This document shows, piece by piece, positions 19,588 through 29,407 of a stretch of DNA of 64,000 nt. A program made the translations under genes and the position numbers. Origin of the DNA: Bacteroidota bacterium (GTDB lineage Bacteria > Bacteroidota > Bacteroidia > 2-12-FULL-35-15); the NCBI GenBank assembly GCA_016722565.1, contig JADKIU010000002.1, positions 1,030,119-1,094,118 of the forward strand, read 5' to 3'. Numbering within the stretch: position 1 is the stretch's first letter; each line of letters begins with the position of its first letter. The notes below the pieces were generated by a model, which did not search any database, was not told the origin of the DNA, and saw nothing but the letters and a program-made list of their open reading frames with translations.

Positions 19588-20967
19588 TCAATCTAATCCA
19601 AGTGGATATAACTTAATTTTTGGGTTTTGTTTTAAAAAACCTCTAACTAAATCATTCGCATCCGGGAAGTAGGTGCATCGTTTCACATAGTTTTTAAAGT
19701 CATTGGGCGAATTTATTTCTACTGTTATATCAAAATAACCAACTCCTCTCACAACATTCTCTTCAATAAGAATAACCGATTTCTCTCCAAGCACTTTCCC
19801 TTTATCGATAATCACAAAATCCGAATATGGAAGCAGATACTGCTGCATCAGTTCATTTGCGCGCTTATTATAAATGACTACCTCTTCTTCTCCGGCACAA
19901 ATGCCATTGCATTTTTTTATCTGATGATTAAAACAAATTGAACCGGCTTCCGTTAATCCACAGTACAGCAAACACAAATCATTTTCATCCAATAAGGTTT
20001 CTAACTTTTCACGTGCAGCAAAATAGGAATTAAAAGACATCAAGGGCGATTGTGCATCGGCATATTCTACCAATTTAAAATTGATGATCCCTTTGTCATC
20101 TTTAAACCAATCAATACTATGTGTAAATGAATCGGATTTTCGCTGGCGATTATATTTGGGTTTATGCTTTTTTATTTCTTCGGCCTCCATAAGCAATGCG
20201 ATCAATTCACTTCCGGTAGCAACAAAATCAACATTATACAATTCGTTCAACATTTTCCTGCCTTTCTGTTCTTTTGTATTAAAGTGGCTCATGGCTCTGT
20301 TGTATGCATTTACACTTTTGCCGATGTATATGATTTGTTGATCTTGATCCAAAAAATAATATACACCACACTCTTCCGGAAGTTTATTTAGAATATATTT
20401 TTTAATCTTATCAATTCGTCTTACCATCAATTCGTCAACCCCTTTGGTTTTGTATTGAGGATGATCGCTTTTGATTTGCATTAATCGGTCAAACAATTTT
20501 GCTGTTGCAACAGCATCTCCTTCCGCTCTGTGTCGGTCTTCAATTTCGATCCCCAACGATTCACAAAGATTTCCGAGACTATACGACTTCTTACCGGGAA
20601 TTAATTTCCTGCTCAAACGAACAGTACACAGCGTGTCGCGTTTAAATTTCGCCCCAAATGAATTAAACTCTTCTTTTATAAATCCATAATCAAACCCCAC
20701 ATTGTGTGCTACAAAAATCTTGTTCTCTGTCATCTCCCATATTTTTTTGGCAACTTCAGGAAAGGTTGGCGCATCTTGTACCATTTCATTTGTAATTCCT
20801 GAAATACGAGTAAATGTTGGATGAATATAACATTGTGGATTTATCAATGTCGAGAATTTATCTACTACAGTCAACCCATCGTGGATTAAAATACAGATTT
20901 CAATTACATGTCCTCTTCTGTATTCAAATTTCCCTCCGCAGGTTTCTATGTCGATGATGGCAAACAT
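19588..20967 (-). CDS. Fusion protein: N-terminal DnaQ-like 3'-5' exonuclease + C-terminal GIY-YIG nuclease with UvrC-N-like Cys motif (Cho-like/Rv2191-like architecture)
   Basis: Exo motifs MFAIIDIETCGG / FVAHNVGFDYGF / HRAEGDAVATAKLF. GIY-YIG: CGVYYFLDQDQQIIYIGKSVNAYNRAMSHF. The UvrC-like ICFNHQIKKCNGICAG sits after the GIY-YIG. Confidence 0.8.
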   Translation of the reverse strand: MFAIIDIETCGGKFEYRRGHVIEICILIHDGLTVVDKFSTLINPQCYIHPTFTRISGITNEMVQDAPTFPEVAKKIWEMTENKIFVAHNVGFDYGFIKEEFNSFGAKFKRDTLCTVRLSRKLIPGKKSYSLGNLCESLGIEIEDRHRAEGDAVATAKLFDRLMQIKSDHPQYKTKGVDELMVRRIDKIKKYILNKLPEECGVYYFLDQDQQIIYIGKSVNAYNRAMSHFNTKEQKGRKMLNELYNVDFVATGSELIALLMEAEEIKKHKPKYNRQRKSDSFTHSIDWFKDDKGIINFKLVEYADAQSPLMSFNSYFAAREKLETLLDENDLCLLYCGLTEAGSICFNHQIKKCNGICAGEEEVVIYNKRANELMQQYLLPYSDFVIIDKGKVLGEKSVILIEENVVRGVGYFDITVEINSPNDFKNYVKRCTYFPDANDLVRGFLKQNPKIKLYPLGLD

Positions 20968-21034
20968 TGTTAATATTTTCTTTGGCGCTACAAGCCCTTT
21001 AATTAGAAGGATACAAAGGTTACTAAAATACTTG

Positions 21035-21058
21035 GCACAAAATTACTAAATATATTGG
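21035..21058 (+). promoter_or_regulatory. Putative promoter/operator upstream of dinB-dnaE2 (ggcacaaaattactaaatatattgg), 22/24 identical to the lexA-like upstream motif, with a partial direct repeat ttactaaaata at 21020-21030
   Basis: Aligns as GCACAAA(W)(W)TACTAAATATATT(K)G with 19239-19262. It sits 45-68 bp upstream of the dinB ATG in a divergent intergenic region shared with the exo-GIY-YIG gene. Confidence 0.45.
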
Positions 21059-21102
21059 TAATTTCAAATCGAAATTAATTCGCTACTCCAATTCTCAAAA
21101 AA

Positions 21103-22260
21103 ATGAATAAGCGCACGATTGTCCATATGGATTTGGATTCTTTTTTTGTATCCGTTGAACGCTTAAACAATAGCAGCCTTAACGGAAAACCCGTAATTAT
21201 AGGAGGTACATCCGACAGAGGGGTTGTGGCATCTTGCAGTTATGAAGCACGACAATTTGGTGTTCATTCCGCAATGCCGGCAAGAATGGCCAAACAACTC
21301 TGCCCACAGGCCATCTTTGTTCAGGGCGACTATGATGAATATTCCAAACACTCCAACATTGTTACAGAAATTATAAATGAACAAAGTCCGATTGTTGAAA
21401 AAGCAAGTATAGACGAACACTATCTTGATATTACCGGGATGGAACGCTATGTTAAACCAAGCATGCAATGGACGCATGAGTTAAGAGAACGGATCATCAA
21501 ACAATCCGGATTACCCATTTCATTTGGTTTATCTGCCAACAAAACTGTTTCTAAAATTGCGACCGGTGAATCCAAACCGAATGGAGAATTAAGCGTTGAC
21601 CATGGATTAGAAAAACTTTTTCTGAGCCCGCTTTCTATTAGAAAAATTCCGGGAATAGGTGATAAAACGTACATGCTGTTGCGCAACATGGGAATTGAAA
21701 GAGTGCAAACCATTCAACAAATGCCCATCGAAATGATGACAAGTGTTCTGGGAGAGAATGGTCAAACTATTTGGAAAAAATCAAACGGAATTGACAATTC
21801 TCCTGTTGAACCTTATTCTGAAAGAAAAAGCATTAGCAAGGAAACAACTTTTGATAAAGATACTACAGATATTAAAAAACTAAAGCAGCATATTGTTACA
21901 ATGGTTTTTGATTTGGCATTTCAACTCCGCAAGGAAAAAAAAGTAACCGGTTGCATTGTACTAAAATTACGTTATACCGATTTCCAAACACATACATTTC
22001 AATGTAAAATCGCACATACCTCTTCCGATCATATTCTACTAACGAAAGCAATGGAAGTATTTGAAAAAAATTACTCCCGCAGAGTACTCATCCGTTTAAT
22101 AGGAATCAAACTAACGAATCTAGCAGCTGGCTACAATCAAATTCATTTATTTGATGATACGGAAGAAATGGTAAAACTATATCAAGCAATGGATAAAATC
22201 CGTTTGCGGTATGGAGAAGATGCAATAAAAAGAAGTATCAGCTTAGGTAAAAAACGATAA
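21103..22260 (+). CDS. dinB: Y-family DNA polymerase IV (DinB type, catalytic residues retained)
   Basis: HMDLDSFFVSVE (catalytic Asp pair), SIDEHYLDIT (catalytic D-E), little-finger region. Similar to DinB along its full length, unlike ImuB, which lacks these residues. Confidence 0.85.
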   Translation: MNKRTIVHMDLDSFFVSVERLNNSSLNGKPVIIGGTSDRGVVASCSYEARQFGVHSAMPARMAKQLCPQAIFVQGDYDEYSKHSNIVTEIINEQSPIVEKASIDEHYLDITGMERYVKPSMQWTHELRERIIKQSGLPISFGLSANKTVSKIATGESKPNGELSVDHGLEKLFLSPLSIRKIPGIGDKTYMLLRNMGIERVQTIQQMPIEMMTSVLGENGQTIWKKSNGIDNSPVEPYSERKSISKETTFDKDTTDIKKLKQHIVTMVFDLAFQLRKEKKVTGCIVLKLRYTDFQTHTFQCKIAHTSSDHILLTKAMEVFEKNYSRRVLIRLIGIKLTNLAAGYNQIHLFDDTEEMVKLYQAMDKIRLRYGEDAIKRSISLGKKR

Positions 22261-25191
22261 ATGATACTAAATGCGCATACATATTATAGCTTACGATATG
22301 GAACACTATCCATTGAGGAAGTAGTGCAAGCTGCGCTTGACAACAACTACGAAGCGATTGCAATTACCGATATTAATAATTCTTCAGGGGTTTTAGAATT
22401 TGTAAAGGTTTGTTTTGAAAAATGCATCAAGCCAATTGTTGGCATGGAGTTTCGAAATGGAGACGAACTTCAGTTTATTGCCATCGCTAAAAACAATGAT
22501 GGATTTAAGGAAATTAATGAATTAATGACAGCATGCAACATTTCATGCACAACAATTCCAAAACGAGCTGAATTGCACAACTGTTATATCATTTATACTT
22601 ATTCAAAAGCCACAACAGAGGAGTTAAAAGAAAACGAATTTATTGGAATTCGTTCCAATCAAATCAATAAAATACTTTTTGATTCTGAAAAACAAAAAAG
22701 TAAATATGTCATCTTGCAATCACTTACCTACGACAATCAAAAAGGGTATGATGTGCACCAAAAATTATGTGCAGTAGGCCACAACTTACTTTTATCACAA
22801 CTAAAGCCGGAAAATACTGCAGGCAATGACGAACACCCCATACCAAGAAAGCTGTTATTGAAAAAATTTGAAGAGCTACCGCAATTGATTAAAAACACAA
22901 AAATAATTGTGGAGAATTGTTGTTTCAACTTCGATTTTAAATCCAATAAAAATAAAAAAACATTTACCGGAAATAAAAACGATGATACGTTACTTCTTCA
23001 AAAATTAGCATACGATGGCCTCACATTCAGATATGGAGCAAACAACAAGATAGCCAAACAACGAGTTGATAATGAATTGGCAATTATCAACAATCTTGAT
23101 TTTTCCGCATATTTTTTAATCACGTGGGATATTGTCCGATATTCCATGTCGAGAGGATACTATCATGTAGGACGAGGAAGCGGTGCAAACAGCGTGGTTG
23201 CATATTGCTTAAGAATTACTGACGTTTGCCCGATTGAACTGGATCTCTATTTCGAACGTTTTTTAAATCCAAAAAGAAAGTCGCCTCCGGATTTTGATAT
23301 TGATTATAGCTGGAAAGAACGAGATGATGTTATTGATTATATTTTTAAACGATACGGCAGAAAACATACCGCCCTGCTAGGCACAATGTCAACCTTTAAA
23401 GACCGGTCGATTATTCGCGAATTGGGAAAAATCTATGGATTACCAAAAGAAGACATTGACCGATTAATCAAAGATCCGAATTCGGCACTCAATGAAAATG
23501 AAATTTGCAAAACCATTCTCAGTTATTATAGTGAAATAGAAAACTATCCGAATACAAGAAGCATTCATGCAGGTGGAATTTTAATTTCAGAAGAGCCACT
23601 CACCGCCTATTGCGCCTTAGACATGCCTCCCAAAGGTTTTCCAACCACGCAATTCGACATGTATTTGGCCGAAGATATTGGTTTAGACAAACTCGATGTT
23701 TTAAGCCAGAGAGGCATCGGACATATAAAAGAAGCGGCAGAAATTGTAAAACAAAACAAAGGCATATCGATTGATGTTCACGACATCAATAAATTTAAAA
23801 CCGATAAAAAAGTTCAAGCACAATTATTGTCGGGCAACACAATTGGTTGTTTTTATGTGGAAAGCCCTGCGATGCGCGGATTACTCAAAAAACTAAATTG
23901 TGACAATTACCTTACATTGGTAGCTGCAAGCTCAATCATCCGCCCTGGAGTAGCAAGGAGTGGCATGATGAAAGCATATATTCAACGATCACACAACCCT
24001 GAAAGCTTTGAATATCTACATCCGGTTATGAAAGAGCAGCTGAAGGATACATTTGGTGTAATGGTATACCAAGAAGATGTTTTAAAAGTTGGACATTACT
24101 TTGGAGGATTGGATTTGGCCGATGCGGATGTACTAAGAAGAATGATGAGTGGAAAATCAAGAAACAAAAAGCATTTAGAAGAAATAGAAGCTAAATTTTT
24201 CAACCATTGTAAAGAACAAAAATACCCCGAACACATTTCGAATGAAGTATGGCGGCAAATAGAATCTTTTGCAGGTTACAGCTTTAGCAAAGCGCATTCA
24301 GCAAGCTATGCTGTTGAAAGCTACCAAAGTTTATATCTAAAATCCTATTTCCCAATGGAATTTATGGTCGCTGTCATCAACAACTTCGGAGGTTTTTACA
24401 ATACACGAATCTATGTAAACGAAGCCCAAATGTCAGGTGCTGAAGTACATTTACCTTGTGTTAATAAAAGTACATATACAACCAATATCCATGGGAAAGA
24501 CATTCACCTTGGATTTATACATTTAAAAAGCTTAGAAGAAAAAATTGGACAAACAATTGAATCTGAACGAAACAAAAATGGGAACTATACATCCTTAGAG
24601 GATTTCCTAAAACGTATTCAAATTGGGATTGAACAACTTATTATTCTCATTCGTATTAATGCATTCCGATTTACAAAAAAAAACAAACGACAACTATTGT
24701 GGGAAGCACATTTGCTAATGGGACAAAATCAAACAAAACACAGTTCTATGTTATTCGAGCCTCCTAAAAGTGACTTTACGCTACCACCATTGGAATACAA
24801 CAAAATCGAAGATGCGTATGATGAAATAGAATTACTCGGATTTACAACAACATTAAATCCTTTCGATTTACTTAAAACGGCAAGTCGTGAAAGCCTCAGA
24901 GCAAAAGAACTGATACATTTTACAGGAAAACAAATTCGAATCATGGGCAACTATGTAACGTACAAACCAGTAAGAACAATCAATGGGGACCAGATGGCTT
25001 TCGGAACATTTTTAGATATGGATGGTTGTTTTTTTGATACCGTTAACTTTCCACCTAGCTTAAAAAAATTCCCATTCACAGGATCCGGTGTATATCTGAT
25101 TTCGGGAAAAGTAGTTGAGGAATTCGGATTTCCGAGTATTGAAGTAGAAAAAATGGCTCGATTACCAATACAACCTGACCCAAGAAATTAA
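22261..25191 (+). CDS. dnaE2: Error-prone DNA polymerase DnaE2 (ImuC; PolIII-alpha family, PHP domain N-terminus, about 976 aa)
   Basis: PHP domain (HTYYSLRYGT...ITDINN), polymerase core (GRGSGANSVVAYCLRITDV...DFDIDY), about 1000 aa rather than 1160. Its ATG directly follows the dinB TAA (coupled). Confidence 0.85.
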   Translation: MILNAHTYYSLRYGTLSIEEVVQAALDNNYEAIAITDINNSSGVLEFVKVCFEKCIKPIVGMEFRNGDELQFIAIAKNNDGFKEINELMTACNISCTTIPKRAELHNCYIIYTYSKATTEELKENEFIGIRSNQINKILFDSEKQKSKYVILQSLTYDNQKGYDVHQKLCAVGHNLLLSQLKPENTAGNDEHPIPRKLLLKKFEELPQLIKNTKIIVENCCFNFDFKSNKNKKTFTGNKNDDTLLLQKLAYDGLTFRYGANNKIAKQRVDNELAIINNLDFSAYFLITWDIVRYSMSRGYYHVGRGSGANSVVAYCLRITDVCPIELDLYFERFLNPKRKSPPDFDIDYSWKERDDVIDYIFKRYGRKHTALLGTMSTFKDRSIIRELGKIYGLPKEDIDRLIKDPNSALNENEICKTILSYYSEIENYPNTRSIHAGGILISEEPLTAYCALDMPPKGFPTTQFDMYLAEDIGLDKLDVLSQRGIGHIKEAAEIVKQNKGISIDVHDINKFKTDKKVQAQLLSGNTIGCFYVESPAMRGLLKKLNCDNYLTLVAASSIIRPGVARSGMMKAYIQRSHNPESFEYLHPVMKEQLKDTFGVMVYQEDVLKVGHYFGGLDLADADVLRRMMSGKSRNKKHLEEIEAKFFNHCKEQKYPEHISNEVWRQIESFAGYSFSKAHSASYAVESYQSLYLKSYFPMEFMVAVINNFGGFYNTRIYVNEAQMSGAEVHLPCVNKSTYTTNIHGKDIHLGFIHLKSLEEKIGQTIESERNKNGNYTSLEDFLKRIQIGIEQLIILIRINAFRFTKKNKRQLLWEAHLLMGQNQTKHSSMLFEPPKSDFTLPPLEYNKIEDAYDEIELLGFTTTLNPFDLLKTASRESLRAKELIHFTGKQIRIMGNYVTYKPVRTINGDQMAFGTFLDMDGCFFDTVNFPPSLKKFPFTGSGVYLISGKVVEEFGFPSIEVEKMARLPIQPDPRN

Positions 25192-25342
25192 AAATTAATC
25201 CTGTCGGAACAAGACAAACAACACAATAAAAAATAGTATTTATAACCGCAACAGATTTCTATCACAATGGATTAGCACTAAATTCCCTCTCATTTTCAAA
25301 AAATCTGCTATATTTACGATAGAATTTATGCATAACAACACT

Positions 25343-28300
25343 ATGAAGAAGTTAATCTTTATTGCACTGACATTATTTTCATTTTCCGAAGGTTTATTTG
25401 CTCAGTTTCCTGAATCTAATTTCCAAAGTAGCAGTAATCAATACTATTGGAAAAACCGCAAACCATATGAAGGCTATTGGCAACAAGATGTGCATTATAA
25501 AATAAATGCCTCACTGGATGACAAAACCGATATTGTTGAAGCAACAGAAGAATTAACCTATTACAATAATTCTCCGGACGAACTCCCGTTCGTATATTTT
25601 CATTTATACAACAATGCTCAAACAAAAGGTTCCTATCTGGAAGACCTTTATAAAAACAACGACATCAAAGTAAAATTCGGTAAATACCAGGAGCAAGGAT
25701 TAGGAACCGTGGTTTCAAAAATTACTGCAAATGGGGTGGATCTTAAAATGGAATTGGACAATACCGTTTTAAAAGTATACCTCCCTACTCCATTAAAATC
25801 AGGAGAAAACATCACTTTCAAATTAAATTTCAAAACGTATTTCGACAATGGCTCCATCCGTAACCGAATGAAAATGTTCAATGCATTCGGCTATAAACAT
25901 TATGATGTGGTGCATTGGTATCCGCGTATTTCTGTTTATGACCGTAAAGCCGGTTGGGATACCGACCAACACATGGATCATGAATTTTATGGCGATTATG
26001 GAACATTTGATGTCGCATTTACTTTTCCCAACAACTATGTTTTGGATGCAACAGGAATGTTGTTAAATAAAAAAGACGTATTGCCGGACGATTTACGCGC
26101 TAAATTAGACATCAAGAATTTCGTTAAAAAACCATGGAATGAAAAACCATCGGTAGTGATTGAGCCCAACGGAACAACAAAAACATGGATGTTTCATGCG
26201 GAAAATGTGCACGATTTTGCTTTAACGGCTGACCCAACTTATCGTATCAGCGAAACAGAATGGAATGGAATCAAATGTATTGCACTTGTGCAGGAACCCC
26301 ATGTTGCAGGATGGCTGAATGCCGCTGAATACACGTCAAAAATTATCAAAGTAAATTCCGAAGATTTTGGAATGTATGGCTATAAAAAAATGGTGGTAGC
26401 CGATGCACAAGACGGAATGGAATACCCTATGGTAACACTCTGCGGAGGTTTCGACCCCAATTACCGTGATTTATTTGTACATGAAATTAGTCATAATTGG
26501 TTTTTCGGAATGGTTGGTTCCAACGAAACCTACCGTCCTTCTTTGGATGAAGGATTTACACAATTCATCACCAACTGGACCTATGAACGCATTGATGGAA
26601 AACAACGCATCGCTTATTTGCCAAAATCAAATTATGTAAAACGTTTTACCGAACCGGATTATGTTCGCAACAGTGAAGTATACAATGGCTACATGAATTC
26701 TGCTACAAAAGATGTAGAAACATTTATGAATTTACATTCCGACATGTACAATGGCGCTATCCGCCATGGCGGTGGCTATTCACAAGTGTACATGAAAACA
26801 GCAACCATGTTGTATAATTTGCAATACACATTAGGCGACTCCCTATTCAAAGCTGCGATTAGTAATTATTTTAATCAATGGAAATTTGCCCATCCACATG
26901 TGGAAGACTTTAGAAACTCTGTGATTCAATACAAGCATGTTGATTTGAATTGGTTTTTTGATGAATGGATGGAAACCTCTAAAACAATCGACTATACAGT
27001 AAAATCTGTGAAAAAAGGTAAGGGAGATGATGCATACAAAGTAACGTTTGAACGCAAAGGAATGCAAATGCCAATTGATTTTGCGGTTGTCGGGAAAAAC
27101 GATAGTGTTTACTATTATCACATTCCAAACACCTGGTTTGTTAAACAAACAAAATCGAAAGTGTTACCTCGTTGGATTGGCTGGGACAATGTGCAAAAAA
27201 CATATACCACAGAGTTAACCATTCCCGGAGGGATAGCCAATGTGATCATTGATCCAAGCACCCGTTTGGCAGATGTAAACATGCTCAACAACAATCAAAA
27301 ATTTCCAATCAAATACCGATTCGATTCTAAAATTTATAATCCATCCGATTGGACACGCTATGAATTATTTGCCCGCCCGGATGTTTGGTACAACGGGTAT
27401 GACGGACTGAAAGTAGGACTCAACATGAATGGTAACTACATGGCTTACAAACATATTTTTGATGCAACAGTTTGGTTCAACACAGGTATTGCACACAACT
27501 ATTTAGATACCGCAACGGAAAACAATGCAAAAGATTTATACGACAATGTTAGTTTCCGAATTAACTATCGCACAGCTACAGATAAATTCATGAAGGGATC
27601 GTCTTTCTACTTCTCAGCAAAAGCTTTGGATGGATTGAATGGATATACCGTAGGCTTTGATAGAAAAGACATCAAAGGCAAAAACAAAATTTATTTGTAC
27701 TTCAAATCAATGTACAGAAAAGGATTGAATGATATTCCATATTTATTATTACCAAAAGAATGGACACCCAACCAATTGAACAATACATTAAATGTGGGAC
27801 TTGAACATGCTTACAACTATTCAGCTGGTACAGGAAACATCAATTTAGGACTACGCTCTTCTGCAATAATGAGTGATTACGATTTCCAATCGATAAACTT
27901 AACAATCAACAATCACACAAAATTATGGCGTTTATTGTTAAACACTCGCGTGTATGGACAATACGGAACAGGAACGAATTGGGCAAATGAATCCTCTTTA
28001 TTTTTAGCCGGTGCTAACCCGGAAGAAATGATGGAAAATAAATACACGCGTTCACAAGGCTTTTTTGATCCGGCTTGGGCTGAAGTTGGTGCAACAACTA
28101 ATATTTTTCATCACGGAGGAGGATTAAACTTAAGAGGCTATTCTGGCTACCTTGCTCCACAAATTCAAAGTGATGGAACGGTGGTATATACCTACAAAGG
28201 AAATACTGGAGCAGCTGTAAATGCAGAACTTGAGTTTAGTGGAATTGTTAAAGTAAAAAGACAAAACTGGTTTACAAAAACATTTAAACTAACTACTTAC

Positions 28301-28543
28301 TTATTTGGTGACGCAGGTATTATCAATTATAGTGCAGCAACAGACCCTGTTTTAAAAATGTCAGACTTGCGAGCTGATGCAGGAGTTGGAGCAACCTTAA
28401 CCATCAAAAAATTTGGGCCACTACAAACTGTCAATCCATTAACTATCCGTTTTGACATGCCACTTTTCTTAAATAAAATTCCGGCAACCGATGCTGGATA
28501 TGTTCAATATCGTTTTGTAATTGGTGTCAACCGAGCATTCTAA
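25343..28543 (+). CDS. Secreted M1-family zinc metallopeptidase (aminopeptidase-N-like), large multidomain protein
   Basis: Signal peptide MKKLIFIALTLFSFSEGLFAQ; GMEYP (GAMEN-like); HEISHNWF (HEXXH) with LDEGFTQF (Glu 18-19 residues downstream). Confidence 0.7.
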   Translation: MKKLIFIALTLFSFSEGLFAQFPESNFQSSSNQYYWKNRKPYEGYWQQDVHYKINASLDDKTDIVEATEELTYYNNSPDELPFVYFHLYNNAQTKGSYLEDLYKNNDIKVKFGKYQEQGLGTVVSKITANGVDLKMELDNTVLKVYLPTPLKSGENITFKLNFKTYFDNGSIRNRMKMFNAFGYKHYDVVHWYPRISVYDRKAGWDTDQHMDHEFYGDYGTFDVAFTFPNNYVLDATGMLLNKKDVLPDDLRAKLDIKNFVKKPWNEKPSVVIEPNGTTKTWMFHAENVHDFALTADPTYRISETEWNGIKCIALVQEPHVAGWLNAAEYTSKIIKVNSEDFGMYGYKKMVVADAQDGMEYPMVTLCGGFDPNYRDLFVHEISHNWFFGMVGSNETYRPSLDEGFTQFITNWTYERIDGKQRIAYLPKSNYVKRFTEPDYVRNSEVYNGYMNSATKDVETFMNLHSDMYNGAIRHGGGYSQVYMKTATMLYNLQYTLGDSLFKAAISNYFNQWKFAHPHVEDFRNSVIQYKHVDLNWFFDEWMETSKTIDYTVKSVKKGKGDDAYKVTFERKGMQMPIDFAVVGKNDSVYYYHIPNTWFVKQTKSKVLPRWIGWDNVQKTYTTELTIPGGIANVIIDPSTRLADVNMLNNNQKFPIKYRFDSKIYNPSDWTRYELFARPDVWYNGYDGLKVGLNMNGNYMAYKHIFDATVWFNTGIAHNYLDTATENNAKDLYDNVSFRINYRTATDKFMKGSSFYFSAKALDGLNGYTVGFDRKDIKGKNKIYLYFKSMYRKGLNDIPYLLLPKEWTPNQLNNTLNVGLEHAYNYSAGTGNINLGLRSSAIMSDYDFQSINLTINNHTKLWRLLLNTRVYGQYGTGTNWANESSLFLAGANPEEMMENKYTRSQGFFDPAWAEVGATTNIFHHGGGLNLRGYSGYLAPQIQSDGTVVYTYKGNTGAAVNAELEFSGIVKVKRQNWFTKTFKLTTYLFGDAGIINYSAATDPVLKMSDLRADAGVGATLTIKKFGPLQTVNPLTIRFDMPLFLNKIPATDAGYVQYRFVIGVNRAF

Positions 28544-28557
28544 AAAAAATAAAAAAC

Positions 28558-29316
28558 ATGAAAAAATTAATCACATTCTCTTTTCTAATTTTAACCGGCA
28601 CAATTGCTGTCGCTCAATCAAACGATGAGCAATATGCAAAGGCACTGAAGTTAAAAACAGAATTAAAATACAAAGAAGCATTTCCAATGTTTCAAGCATT
28701 GCTAAAATCGGATTCTAACAATGTCAACTACTTACAGTATGCCAGTTATTGTTATTCGAAATACGGCTACTATTATGTTGCTGCAGAAGCTGAAAAAATG
28801 AAGCATTATACAAGTGCAGAATACCTTGCTAAAAAAGCAATCAAAATCAATGAAGCAAGTGCCGATGCACATTATGCATATGCAATGGCGTTAGGACGAA
28901 TCAATGAAAATGCAAGTTCAAAACAAAAAATTGCCAATGCCAAGCTAATCAAAGCGCAAGCCGACAGAGCCATTGCTCTAAATCCTAAATTAGCAGGAGC
29001 GCATCATATTCTTGGTCGCTGGCACAGAACGATTGCTAACTTCAGCGCTATTGAGAAGGCGATGATTAACTCGTTTTTTGGTGGTGTTCCTCCGGGTGGC
29101 TCTCACGAAGATGCTATTAAGTCATTTATGACAGCAATTAGTTTGGAGCCTAAATACATGAACCATCAATATGAATTGGCTCAAACCTATTACGATATGG
29201 GTAAAAAGGTAGAAGCTAAACTTTGGGCAAAAAAAGCATTAGAAATTACACCTTCCAATGAAGATGACATCAAAGCAAAAAAAGATTGTGAAGCTTTGTT
29301 AAAGAAATTGAATTAA
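28558..29316 (+). CDS. Secreted TPR-like repeat protein
   Basis: Signal peptide; helical repeat pattern with conserved A..Y..A and L.P motifs. Confidence 0.45.
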   Translation: MKKLITFSFLILTGTIAVAQSNDEQYAKALKLKTELKYKEAFPMFQALLKSDSNNVNYLQYASYCYSKYGYYYVAAEAEKMKHYTSAEYLAKKAIKINEASADAHYAYAMALGRINENASSKQKIANAKLIKAQADRAIALNPKLAGAHHILGRWHRTIANFSAIEKAMINSFFGGVPPGGSHEDAIKSFMTAISLEPKYMNHQYELAQTYYDMGKKVEAKLWAKKALEITPSNEDDIKAKKDCEALLKKLN

Positions 29317-29407
29317 GAATTCATTTATAATCTTCCGCTCCGCTCAGAAATACAATTCATTTGTATGATTGGCGGAGCCGAACTATTTTAAGACGTTGCT
29401 TTTGCAT

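Noticed and set aside
21103-22260. Considered calling the Y-family polymerase ImuB, as in canonical imuA-imuB-dnaE2 cassettes
   Set aside because: The DinB catalytic carboxylates (DLD at the N-terminus, SIDE in motif III) and full-length DinB collinearity are retained. ImuB proteins characteristically lack these residues.
29317-29407. Nested hairpin (gctccgc...gcggagc) between the convergent TPR and wzx genes, as an intrinsic terminator
   Set aside because: The stem is imperfect, the loop is long and there is no clear U-tract. It is plausibly a terminator, but support is too weak to list as a feature.
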